Source of the DNA: Bdellovibrionales bacterium GWB1_55_8
GTDB lineage: Bacteria > Bdellovibrionota > UBA1018
DNA: 37,784 nucleotides
Assembly: GCA_001769835.1 (NCBI GenBank)
Contig: MEPR01000079.1
Coordinates: 24,891-62,674, forward strand
Direction of reading: 5' to 3'
Under the pieces are notes generated by a model. It saw nothing but the letters and a program-made list of their open reading frames with translations. It had not been told where the DNA came from and did not search any database. Below, one piece after another: positions 28,317-36,366 of this stretch. Made by a program: the position numbers and the translations under genes. The first letter of the stretch is position 1, and the number at the start of each line of letters is the position of its first letter.

Positions 28317-28332
28317 TGGCACTGAGGATGCT
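28317..28332 (+). promoter_or_regulatory. Sigma54 -24/-12 promoter
   Basis: TGGCACTGAGGATGCT (TGGCAC-N6-TGC). Confidence 0.8.
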
Positions 28333-28377
28333 TTGTTTGGATCCCATGATCGCAGATCAAAAAAAGGAGAATGTATC

Positions 28378-29274
28378 ATGAGATCGTATTTGAGGGGCGC
28401 AACCGGAGAATTCGGAATCTGGGCCTTTGTGATGGCTGGGCTGACGGCCCTGGTTTTGAGTACGGGTGCTTCGGCGGCCACGTACAATTTTTATTTCAAC
28501 AACACCGAGCAGGGCGATAACAGTACTGCGAGTCCCGCACTGAACGTCCAGGACGGGAAAAATGTCTCGCCAACCCCGCAGGAAACTCCGGCGGCTCAGC
28601 CCACGCCCCTGGCGTTTCCGGACGCTGCGGCCGCAGCACTGGCGAATGCCTCAAGTAACGCGCTTAAAAGCCTGGGTGGCAATCAGGAAACTCCGGTGCC
28701 TGCAGCCCCGGATGCGGCGGGTGCTTCATTGGCGAATGCCTCAAGTGCCTCGCTCAACAGTCCGAGCGGCATTTTTAACCGCGAGTACCGGCCCTTTCGT
28801 TTGATGGTGGGGGCAGCGGCGGTTACAGAACAAGGAACGCATACCTACATATCTGGGATGGGAACAACGGAGAGCTACGAAGACTTCGGGGACATGCGCT
28901 TTGGTGGTGCCGCAAGTCTTGCCCTCTATTTATCGCGCCGTTCCGCTGTGAATTTCTTCGGAGGGATGCAGCAAGTCACCTATTCAGATACGGAGGACTT
29001 TTATCCCACAACGGCGGATCAGCTTCGTGCTTACGCCGGCGTGGAGCTTGAGTTGATGCCCATTCATTTGTCCCTGTTTGGCGTGGAGGATATTTTCGAA
29101 GCAGGGATTTTGCTCGGTGCAACGACGCTTCGTAAGGCACCCGGCAATATCGCTTCAGCACAGGCAGGGGTTCGCCTCAATTTCAATTTTGGAAATGATT
29201 GGGGGCTCACTGCAGCGGGCCGGGCGAACATGGGATTTATTATGGCGGAAGCCGGGCTTGCTTTCCGGATCTGA
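28378..29274 (+). CDS. Probable outer-membrane beta-barrel protein with a long Ala/Pro-rich N-terminal linker
   Basis: Start ATG 28378 (RBS AAGGAG), signal peptide ending GASA, alternating strands, and C-terminal AEAGLAFRI resembling a BAM beta-signal. Confidence 0.82.
   Translation: MRSYLRGATGEFGIWAFVMAGLTALVLSTGASAATYNFYFNNTEQGDNSTASPALNVQDGKNVSPTPQETPAAQPTPLAFPDAAAAALANASSNALKSLGGNQETPVPAAPDAAGASLANASSASLNSPSGIFNREYRPFRLMVGAAAVTEQGTHTYISGMGTTESYEDFGDMRFGGAASLALYLSRRSAVNFFGGMQQVTYSDTEDFYPTTADQLRAYAGVELELMPIHLSLFGVEDIFEAGILLGATTLRKAPGNIASAQAGVRLNFNFGNDWGLTAAGRANMGFIMAEAGLAFRI
28579..28758 (+). repeat. Internal tandem duplication in the linker
   Basis: CAGGAAACTCCGG at 28579 and 28684. TGGCGAATGCCTCAAGT at 28640 and 28730. 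Protein QETP...PDAA..ALANASS occurs twice. Confidence 0.85.
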
Positions 29275-29286
29275 TCGAGGTGTGAC

Positions 29287-29919
29287 ATGGAAAAAATCAA
29301 TTATATCGACAAAAGTATTCTGGTTTTCGTAGTTCTCGCTGCTCTGAATGGATGCAACTGGGATCCCGAGGCCTTGGCAGGAAAGTCTTCCAGGTTTGTG
29401 GAGCACACCGAATCAGCTGACTCATGCTCGCAGTCTGGTTACGAGATGCGGCAGTCCTGGGCAACGATGCCTGAGGGCGCAACCTGCAGCGCTCCCATGC
29501 CGCAAATCATTCACATTGAAACCCTTTCAGATGGGGGGCTTTTGGTTCGAGTGAAAAAACTCCCGGACGGGAAAGTGCCGAGCATCGGAAAGATGGTCTT
29601 TGCGACGCAATGGGGTCCCGAGAGAATGGTGGCGTTTCAGTGCACCAATACGGGAGAGGCCCTGGACATGAGCGGGTTTGAAATCACGTGCCAGCCCCAA
29701 TCCGCAAAAAGAGTCAGTCCGGTGGAACTCGCTTCGTCGGATCTGCAGCTTTTATTGAAAGCGATTCTGATAAGTAACCCAGATTGTGGCGCGCAAATAC
29801 TTTATGAGGCCGTCTCTGCATCGCGGCCTTGCACGTACGGTAACACCCTTCATTCGATGGTGGCCATGGGATCCGTGTTCTTCCCGAGCCTTTGGTTAGA
29901 AGACTCTGATAGCTTGTAA
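29287..29919 (+). CDS. Cys-rich lipoprotein of unknown function
   Basis: Lipobox LAALNG-C, RBS GAGGTG, and six further Cys. Confidence 0.8.
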   Translation: MEKINYIDKSILVFVVLAALNGCNWDPEALAGKSSRFVEHTESADSCSQSGYEMRQSWATMPEGATCSAPMPQIIHIETLSDGGLLVRVKKLPDGKVPSIGKMVFATQWGPERMVAFQCTNTGEALDMSGFEITCQPQSAKRVSPVELASSDLQLLLKAILISNPDCGAQILYEAVSASRPCTYGNTLHSMVAMGSVFFPSLWLEDSDSL

Positions 29920-29943
29920 GCAACTCACGGTCCTTCTTCGTTT

Positions 29944-29981
29944 TGCGGCGATCTTCCAGCTTGGGGGATCGCCGCAGTTTT
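29944..29981 (+). terminator. Intrinsic terminator
   Basis: Stem TGCGGCGATC/GATCGCCGCA, extended by TTCCA/TGGGG, followed by GTTTT. Confidence 0.75.
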
Positions 29982-30065
29982 ATGTGCAGCTGTCTTGACG
30001 TGGTGCGTCAGTCTGTGTTAGCAACCGGCTAACTTTTGTAATCACTCTCATTCGAAAGGTTCCGG

Positions 30066-32741
30066 ATGAACTCCCCACTGCGTTCGATGTCGCCTCGTTT
30101 TTTTCGTGGTTCTCTCACCGCCCTGCTGCTGATCTCCCTCGCAGGTGCCACCGGCTGTAAAAAGCCGCCAACGACATTTAACGCTGTCGAGGGCACTGCC
30201 ACGATCGAGGTGAAGCTTCAGGCCAAAGACAAGGCTGACTCGACCGAGCTGAAGGACCGTGAAGGTGTGCTTCGGTTGAAGTATGAACGCGCGGGCGGCA
30301 CGGTTCTCGATCAGCTTTCGACGGATGTTTCATTCACCGGATCAGCCAAAGTTCCGTTGCTTGCCAAGCCTGTTCTTAAGAAAAAGGATCCTTCTGAGAT
30401 TCCAACCTTCGTGCTGGCCGGCATCAGTATCCTCCCGGTCGAGGCTCTGGGTTCGGAAACGCCCGTGAAGTCTTTTGCTGATTTCGCGGGAACGGCGCTC
30501 TCTGAATTGAAACTCAAGGCGGAACGAGGCGAGGTGAAGATTCTTCTCACGTTCGTGGGCGCGGACACGCAACCGGCCGTTGAGGTTGTCAAAACGGATC
30601 GGCCCGTTTACGACCGGGATCCAGCTACCCATTACATCTCGATCAAAAGCGTCTTCGGGAGCCTGAACGCGGTTCTTGAAGCGACTGATATCCAAGCCAC
30701 GCTTGCTCAACTCAGGGCTATTGCATCTGCAACATATGAATATCACCGGGAGCTCCTGGAAGTCGCGAGGCAAGGGAAGAAAGTGGATCTGGAGCACACG
30801 ATCCTGCTTCTTGATGCGGCGTATTTCACGGTTGCGGACGCCGAAGGCATGAAAGCCCGGATCGCCGCTTTATATAAAAGATTGGAGAAAACTTCCGATT
30901 CGCAGTTGCGCCGGGATCTCCAGGCCGAGGTCAACCGTGTCGAGAGGAACTATTCGCTTGCGCGTGAGTTCGGTCAGTTCACCAACCAGATCGTCGCGAC
31001 GGTGGTCAAGAAATTGTCCGACTTCACGCTCGAGAACGCCACGATTTTAAGTGAACGTCTCTTCGCGGGCGATGGCACCAATGCTCTGTTCGACGAAGTG
31101 CATGGCAAGTTCAGCCCGTTCAGCGCTGACCAAAAAACTTTCTGGATGGATCGCGCGGTTCTGAAAGGCGCCTTTGCCAGTGCAGGAAAGTTCGCGCTCG
31201 ATTATTTCAAGCAGGACACTAGCAAGGATTTTGAAAGTCTGAAGGCGCTGGTGCTGAAATTGAAAGGAACCGATGGAGCGGATGTCCTGATCGTTGGCGC
31301 TCTTCCTGAATTCAGTGAGCTGAGTTTTGAGCAGGCGAAATTTCTGGTCTCCCAAAGCAATCAGAAGGCCGTTGAGATCGCACTGGATGTGCTGAAGAAG
31401 GTGACTGCGATCACCGCGGCGCAGCTGGTATCGGTCGCCGATCTGTTTCACTCCTCTTCTTCAGCCCGCGATCAGATCCTTCTTGCTGGTTTGCCGAAGA
31501 TAAAAGCTTTGAACGTGAACGAGACCAAGGCGATTGTTTCGGCTTCCTATCAGAAGGGAGTGGAAATAGCGCTCGCGTGCTTCAAAAAGGTGAGTTCACT
31601 CAAGGGTGAGGACGTCGCTTCTGTTTGCGAGCTCTTCAATTCGAGTTCATCTGCTCGTGACAGTATTCTTATCGGGGCAATTCCAAGCCTGGCAGTGGTC
31701 ACGCCCGCAGGCATTCACGCGATGGTTGGTGCCAGTTATCAGCGCGGGACCGAAATCGCAGGGATGCTCTTTCCGAAAACTACGAGTTTGACTGGGGAGG
31801 AAGTGGCAAAAATAGCGGAGCTTTATAATTCGTCAAGTTCGGCACGCGATACCATTATCCTCACGGCTCTTCCGCATCTGAAGCCCGTCACGTTCAGTGG
31901 CGTAAAGGCGATGGTGCAGCAGAGTTACCAGAAGGGGGTTGAGCTGTTTAAAACCGCGTTGCCTAAACTCGGCTCCATCAAAGCAGCGCAAGCCCTCGAA
32001 GTGGTGAGTCTCTACAACACGAGTTCATCTGCCCGCGATCAGATCCTTACAGCATCGCTCGATTTCATCGGGATCGTTCCGGTTTCCGAGATCGTGCAGC
32101 TGATGCAGGCGAGTTATCAGTCTCATGAAACCCTTGGGAAGACCCTGATGGGACGCCTGGAAGTTCTGACGTCAAAGGAGCTTGCGAGCATCGTGAGCAT
32201 TTATCATTCGAGCTCAACCGTTCGAGATCGCCTGCTGCTGGCCGGCCTGCCAAAGATCGTGCAGCTCTCGGCAGCCGAGACGATCCTGTTGATTCGTGAG
32301 GCTTATCAGGAGCATCTGAAAATAGCACTTTTCGCGTTGGACCGGATTCCAGGCATGACGGCGAATGACGTGTTCTTGATCGCGGACGTTTATCACAGCA
32401 GCTCCACTGTCCGTGACACGATCGTGACTGAAGGCCTGGCGCGGCTGAAAAGTGTCAAAACAGCGGAGTTGATCAAGCTGGTGCACGCGGCTTACCAGAA
32501 ACATCTGGAGATCACGCTGGCCGGATTGGAGAGGACCTCTGACTTGAGCGTGAACAACGCGATTCAGATCGTTTCGATCTATCACTCGAGTTCTTCGGCT
32601 CGCGATAAGATACTGCTGAAAGCCATCGATTTCGTGACAGATCTCGATGAAGAGAATCTGATCCGCCTGGCCGATCAGGCTTATGCGGATCGAAAAGGGG
32701 TTCTGAAGAAAGGCCTGGAGCGGCTTCGGAATCAGCGTTGA
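30066..32741 (+). CDS. 891-aa lipoprotein with a C-terminal alpha-solenoid of 63-aa repeats
   Basis: Lipobox AGATG-C and seven (F/Y)(H/N)(S/T)SS(S/T)(A/V)RD cores. Confidence 0.9.
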   Translation: MNSPLRSMSPRFFRGSLTALLLISLAGATGCKKPPTTFNAVEGTATIEVKLQAKDKADSTELKDREGVLRLKYERAGGTVLDQLSTDVSFTGSAKVPLLAKPVLKKKDPSEIPTFVLAGISILPVEALGSETPVKSFADFAGTALSELKLKAERGEVKILLTFVGADTQPAVEVVKTDRPVYDRDPATHYISIKSVFGSLNAVLEATDIQATLAQLRAIASATYEYHRELLEVARQGKKVDLEHTILLLDAAYFTVADAEGMKARIAALYKRLEKTSDSQLRRDLQAEVNRVERNYSLAREFGQFTNQIVATVVKKLSDFTLENATILSERLFAGDGTNALFDEVHGKFSPFSADQKTFWMDRAVLKGAFASAGKFALDYFKQDTSKDFESLKALVLKLKGTDGADVLIVGALPEFSELSFEQAKFLVSQSNQKAVEIALDVLKKVTAITAAQLVSVADLFHSSSSARDQILLAGLPKIKALNVNETKAIVSASYQKGVEIALACFKKVSSLKGEDVASVCELFNSSSSARDSILIGAIPSLAVVTPAGIHAMVGASYQRGTEIAGMLFPKTTSLTGEEVAKIAELYNSSSSARDTIILTALPHLKPVTFSGVKAMVQQSYQKGVELFKTALPKLGSIKAAQALEVVSLYNTSSSARDQILTASLDFIGIVPVSEIVQLMQASYQSHETLGKTLMGRLEVLTSKELASIVSIYHSSSTVRDRLLLAGLPKIVQLSAAETILLIREAYQEHLKIALFALDRIPGMTANDVFLIADVYHSSSTVRDTIVTEGLARLKSVKTAELIKLVHAAYQKHLEITLAGLERTSDLSVNNAIQIVSIYHSSSSARDKILLKAIDFVTDLDEENLIRLADQAYADRKGVLKKGLERLRNQR
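31446..32738 (+). repeat. Seven 189-bp (63-aa) coding repeats
   Basis: First core at 31446, seventh at 32580 (6 x 189 bp). One degenerate copy precedes them. Confidence 0.9.
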
Positions 32742-33199
32742 GCCGAAGTTTCCAGAAGAACTTTCGCTTCCCGCGCACCTTGAGACGCGAGCGCATCCGC
32801 ACGCTCGTTCCCGGCATTGCCGTTATGGCTTCGAAGCCAGGTCCAGGTGATCTTCAGCTCCTTTGATGTCTGAAGCTCGTCAATTGCACTGAGATGCGTG
32901 AGATAACGTGGCTCGACGTTTTTCCAGCCGTTCCTGCGCAGTACGGGGATCCGTTTTTCGCATATTTCGAGGATGGTTCTGGAATCCGAGAAAACGGTGG
33001 CTTCCACTTGATTCGGAAGCCATTTCAGCGCTTCGACGATTGCCGTCAGCTCCATGGCCTCGCTATCGGTCTTGATCGCTGAGCCGTGCATCTCAACCGG
33101 GACGCCCTCGGGGGTCCGAATGAAAACGCCCCACCCGCCCGGAGCGCCAGGACTCTTTTTGCAGGCGCCATCCGTGTAACAGAAGAACATGAGCTGCAT
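32732..33199 (-). CDS. rnhA: Ribonuclease HI
   Basis: YTDGAC...PGGWG, MEL, FSDS, WLRSHNGNAGNERADALA. The ORF-track TTG at 33235 coincides with a -35 box, so ATG 33199 is preferred. Confidence 0.9.
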   Translation of the reverse strand: MQLMFFCYTDGACKKSPGAPGGWGVFIRTPEGVPVEMHGSAIKTDSEAMELTAIVEALKWLPNQVEATVFSDSRTILEICEKRIPVLRRNGWKNVEPRYLTHLSAIDELQTSKELKITWTWLRSHNGNAGNERADALASQGAREAKVLLETSAQR

Positions 33200-33205
33200 A
33201 CGCTG

Positions 33206-33235
33206 ATCATGGCTCCCGAAATGCGCCGACGTCAA
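33206..33235 (-). promoter_or_regulatory. Putative sigma70 promoter giving a leaderless rnhA mRNA
   Basis: TTGACG-N18-CATGAT-N6-ATG. Confidence 0.55.
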
Positions 33236-33249
33236 GTTTCTGGTGAGGG

Positions 33250-35550
33250 TCAGCCCGTCGTCATCATGCCGCTCGAGATTCCGGTGACAGTCGTCCGCAA
33301 CAGGTTTGCGTTCCGGTTTTTCGTCGCGCTGATTTGCAGAAGATTCAAAGGATGGATCATCGGCGAACGAAGCTGAATGCTTTCGCCGAGCCAGGGCCGG
33401 AACCAGAGGAGGTTCTGTTCGCCCGACATGCTCCGGACAAAACTGCAGGCCTGCCTGTATTCGCTTTCAAATGCGAGCAGGGTGGTTTTGGCGAGTTTGC
33501 CGGACAATCCGGACTGCTCAAGCGCGATTCTCCAGACACCAAGTTCGACTTTAGCCAGGGTGAACCCCAGGAGCTTGATATAGGAGCGGAAAAGCGCGTC
33601 TTTCCCGAAAGCCTTTTTCAACAGTTTCCGGTTTGCAGGCGGCGTTTTCCTCCAGGCGGAGCCAATGCCCCACCATGCAGGAAACAAGGTTCGGCTCTGA
33701 GTCCAGCAAAGCACCCAGGGAATGGCTCTTAACGCTTCCACCGCGCTTTTCGGTGTCTTCTTCCGTTTTGCGGGACGAGAGCCGATACGAAGTGCGCTCA
33801 GATAAGCGTAGAGTGTCGCATGTCGCGTGATTTCCGCGAAATCAGGGCTGTGGACCTGCTTGCGATAGGTGTTTGAGGCATTTTTTGCGAACTGCAATAC
33901 AATGCGTTGTTCCGCTGCGTCGAGTGTAGAGCTGTTTTTCAGGGATGTTTCGGCCGCCCTTTTTGCGATCCGCGCAAACTGGCTTCTTGTGATTTCATGA
34001 CCCGCGAAAGTCCGATCCACCATCTCTCCCTGGATTGTCGCTTTAAAGCGGGTAAGGGCGCTCTCGGGCCACCAGGCCGTCTGCTCGTCGATGGAGCCGC
34101 CACCGCGGTCAACGCTGCCGCCTGAACCATGGAAGAAGACCGGTTTGCAGGCGTGTCGCCGTATTTCCTGGTCCAGTTTCCGCACCGCTCTGGCGATGAG
34201 AAACCTGCTTCTCAATCCGCCGACTTCCTTGGCGGAGTCTGAATATCCCAGCATGATTTCAACGAAACCGCCCCAGGCGGTTTTCACCTGTGCAAGGATT
34301 GTTCTGTTATGAAGCAGTTCGCGAACGATCCGAGGCGCCTGTTCAAGCGCTTTCTCCTGTTCGAAAAGAGGGATGACCGGGAATGTTTCCGTCCGGAGAA
34401 CCTCGCGCACGAGATCCAGCGCCGCATGCACGTCAGCGGGAGAGGACGCCATGCTGATGATCAGCCCTCTGGCGTAGCAGAGCGGATTTCCTCCTGCTGA
34501 GAGTTCTCGCAGTTCGGAGAGCATTCCCGCGATCACGGATCCGCGGGGATTCCGCCGGGCGGAGTGGATCAAGTCGGCGCTTTCGCGCAGTTCGAGAGGA
34601 ACAACCAGTCCGGGAAAAAGTTCAAGAATCTGTTTCAAGTAGACGAGCGCAGGGTGTGCTGCCCCGTTCCGATGGCGCTGTCTTGACGTCATGGACTCAA
34701 TCGTTCGCTTCACTTTCTCGACTCTTGCACCGTCGCCGCGTTTGACGATCTGAAGAGAATTGAATAATCGGGCAAGGTTCAGGTTTTCGGAGTCGTTCAG
34801 ATTATTTTGAATGATGTTGAGCAGGTAGGTTCTTGAGCATTGGAGACTGCGTTTCAAAGTTTTTCGGTCGACATAGGGATGGCCGTCTTTGTCGCCGCCC
34901 ACCCATGTGCGGATGTGAATGGATGCGATCTCCTGGGATGCTCGCACCAGGGTCTCAATGTTTCCGGGTTGAAGGAGAATGGAAAAGATGTGCTCGGCTT
35001 CATCCTCCACCGACGGCCTGCGGCCCGGCGAAGCCGGCGTTCGCCAAGCCTCTGTGAGCAGATAATGCAGTTTTTCCTCGTGAGTCCCGAAGCGGCCGTT
35101 CAGGATTTCAACGAGTACCTGTTGAAGGGCGCGGAAAAGGAAAATGTTTTCCGGCGCGCGTGCCTCGCTTGGATGTGCCGTGAGTACATAGATGATTTGC
35201 GCTGAGCCGGGTTCCTGGGGGGCGGATTCAGGATGCTGTCGCAGTCGATGGGTGCGATAGGCATTTTCGCATGCGTTCATCAGTTCGAGCATCAGCGTGA
35301 AGGCATGGGCTGTTTGCATTTGTTCCCGCGCGGACGCGCGTTTGAGCTGCGAATAGAGTCTTTTGAGTTCGCGATGCTGTTGTTCTCCGGATGTTCCGCG
35401 CAGCCCAGCCATGCGACATCGGATATTTTCAATTTTTCTGAATGCGGTCGCTCCCGCTTCCTGTTGAATGACCTTGCCGAGCAAAGCGACCGATCGGCTC
35501 ACAAGACTTTTCAGGACGGGCGAAAGCTCACTCGAGGTTCTGCTGGTCAT
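33250..35550 (-). CDS. ppc: Phosphoenolpyruvate carboxylase, shortened variant (alternative start 35565)
   Basis: VLTAHPSE, WVGGDKDGHP, VIPLFE, IMLGYSDSAKE, FHGSGGSVDRGGG, IGSRPAKR, LRAIPW. Confidence 0.93.
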   Translation of the reverse strand: MTSRTSSELSPVLKSLVSRSVALLGKVIQQEAGATAFRKIENIRCRMAGLRGTSGEQQHRELKRLYSQLKRASAREQMQTAHAFTLMLELMNACENAYRTHRLRQHPESAPQEPGSAQIIYVLTAHPSEARAPENIFLFRALQQVLVEILNGRFGTHEEKLHYLLTEAWRTPASPGRRPSVEDEAEHIFSILLQPGNIETLVRASQEIASIHIRTWVGGDKDGHPYVDRKTLKRSLQCSRTYLLNIIQNNLNDSENLNLARLFNSLQIVKRGDGARVEKVKRTIESMTSRQRHRNGAAHPALVYLKQILELFPGLVVPLELRESADLIHSARRNPRGSVIAGMLSELRELSAGGNPLCYARGLIISMASSPADVHAALDLVREVLRTETFPVIPLFEQEKALEQAPRIVRELLHNRTILAQVKTAWGGFVEIMLGYSDSAKEVGGLRSRFLIARAVRKLDQEIRRHACKPVFFHGSGGSVDRGGGSIDEQTAWWPESALTRFKATIQGEMVDRTFAGHEITRSQFARIAKRAAETSLKNSSTLDAAEQRIVLQFAKNASNTYRKQVHSPDFAEITRHATLYAYLSALRIGSRPAKRKKTPKSAVEALRAIPWVLCWTQSRTLFPAWWGIGSAWRKTPPANRKLLKKAFGKDALFRSYIKLLGFTLAKVELGVWRIALEQSGLSGKLAKTTLLAFESEYRQACSFVRSMSGEQNLLWFRPWLGESIQLRSPMIHPLNLLQISATKNRNANLLRTTVTGISSGMMTTG

Positions 35551-35602
35551 GCGTGGCAGGAGCATACCGGTTTGGCCCAGTGCAGGTCACGCCGCAGGAG
35601 TC

Positions 35603-35618
35603 TGGAATACGAGATGCA
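35603..35618 (+). promoter_or_regulatory. Putative sigma54 promoter
   Basis: TGGAATACGAGATGCA (GG-N10-GC), about 20 nt before RBS AAGGAGG. Confidence 0.55.
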
Positions 35619-35651
35619 GTCAGATGGCCTTTGATCCAAGGAGGATTGATC

Positions 35652-36125
35652 ATGAGACGGATGGCACTTTTGTCGAGCGCTGTTGGCGCGTTTACACTGA
35701 TAGTCACGGTAACGGGATGCTCCACGATTCGTGGTGAGAAGAGCGGCAGCGGCGAAGAGCTTGCCGCAAGCGGTCCTACGGTGGTGGACGTTCAGGTCCA
35801 GCCGGAGACCGTGGAATTGAATCAGCAGAATCAGCTGAATGCACCGGCCGCAGTCGTGGCGCAGGTGCAGGATATTCGTTCTGACGTCACCAACGTGACC
35901 ATTCGGTTCTTGAATGCTCCTGTGGAGTTACCGATGGAGCATGTGTCAGGTACGTCGTGGCGGGCCGAGATCCCTACGGAAACCGTGCAGCGCCTGGCCA
36001 TCAATAACCAGACTACGACCTATCAGGCCAACATCTATGCCCGGAACGCTGATGGGGAGGTGGGGGTGAGCCGTGAACCCATCGACATCGCTATCAAGGC
36101 TCCAAACGTGACGGGAGCTGGCTGA
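35652..36125 (+). CDS. Lipoprotein with a single Ig-like domain
   Basis: Start ATG 35652 (RBS AAGGAGG), lipobox TVTG-C, beta-sandwich pattern GTSWRAEIP...YQANIYARNADG. Confidence 0.85.
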   Translation: MRRMALLSSAVGAFTLIVTVTGCSTIRGEKSGSGEELAASGPTVVDVQVQPETVELNQQNQLNAPAAVVAQVQDIRSDVTNVTIRFLNAPVELPMEHVSGTSWRAEIPTETVQRLAINNQTTTYQANIYARNADGEVGVSREPIDIAIKAPNVTGAG

Positions 36126-36366
36126 GTCATCTGACATAATCGCGAGATAAAGCGGCGGAACCTAAACTCGTTCAAACGTCTCAGGGAGTATGATGCTCTA
36201 GTTTAGGTTTTCGCCGCAACTCGTTAATATTTCTTAGTAAATTAGTATACGGGTTAGTTCCGCTTCCGGGCTTCAAACAACCAGCTTCGGCTTGACCCAT
36301 GGGTATCACGGGGATATATGAGCCTCGCTCGTATTTTTGTCTGAAAAACCCAAGGGAGTTTGACCC

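Noticed and set aside
31446-32738. Regular repeats as a CRISPR array or DNA-level VNTR
   Set aside because: Conservation is at the protein level with diverged codons. There is no repeat-spacer structure and no cas gene.
32732-33199. RNase H as part of a retron, retroelement or defence system
   Set aside because: There is no reverse transcriptase or known defence gene nearby. It sits downstream of ppc.
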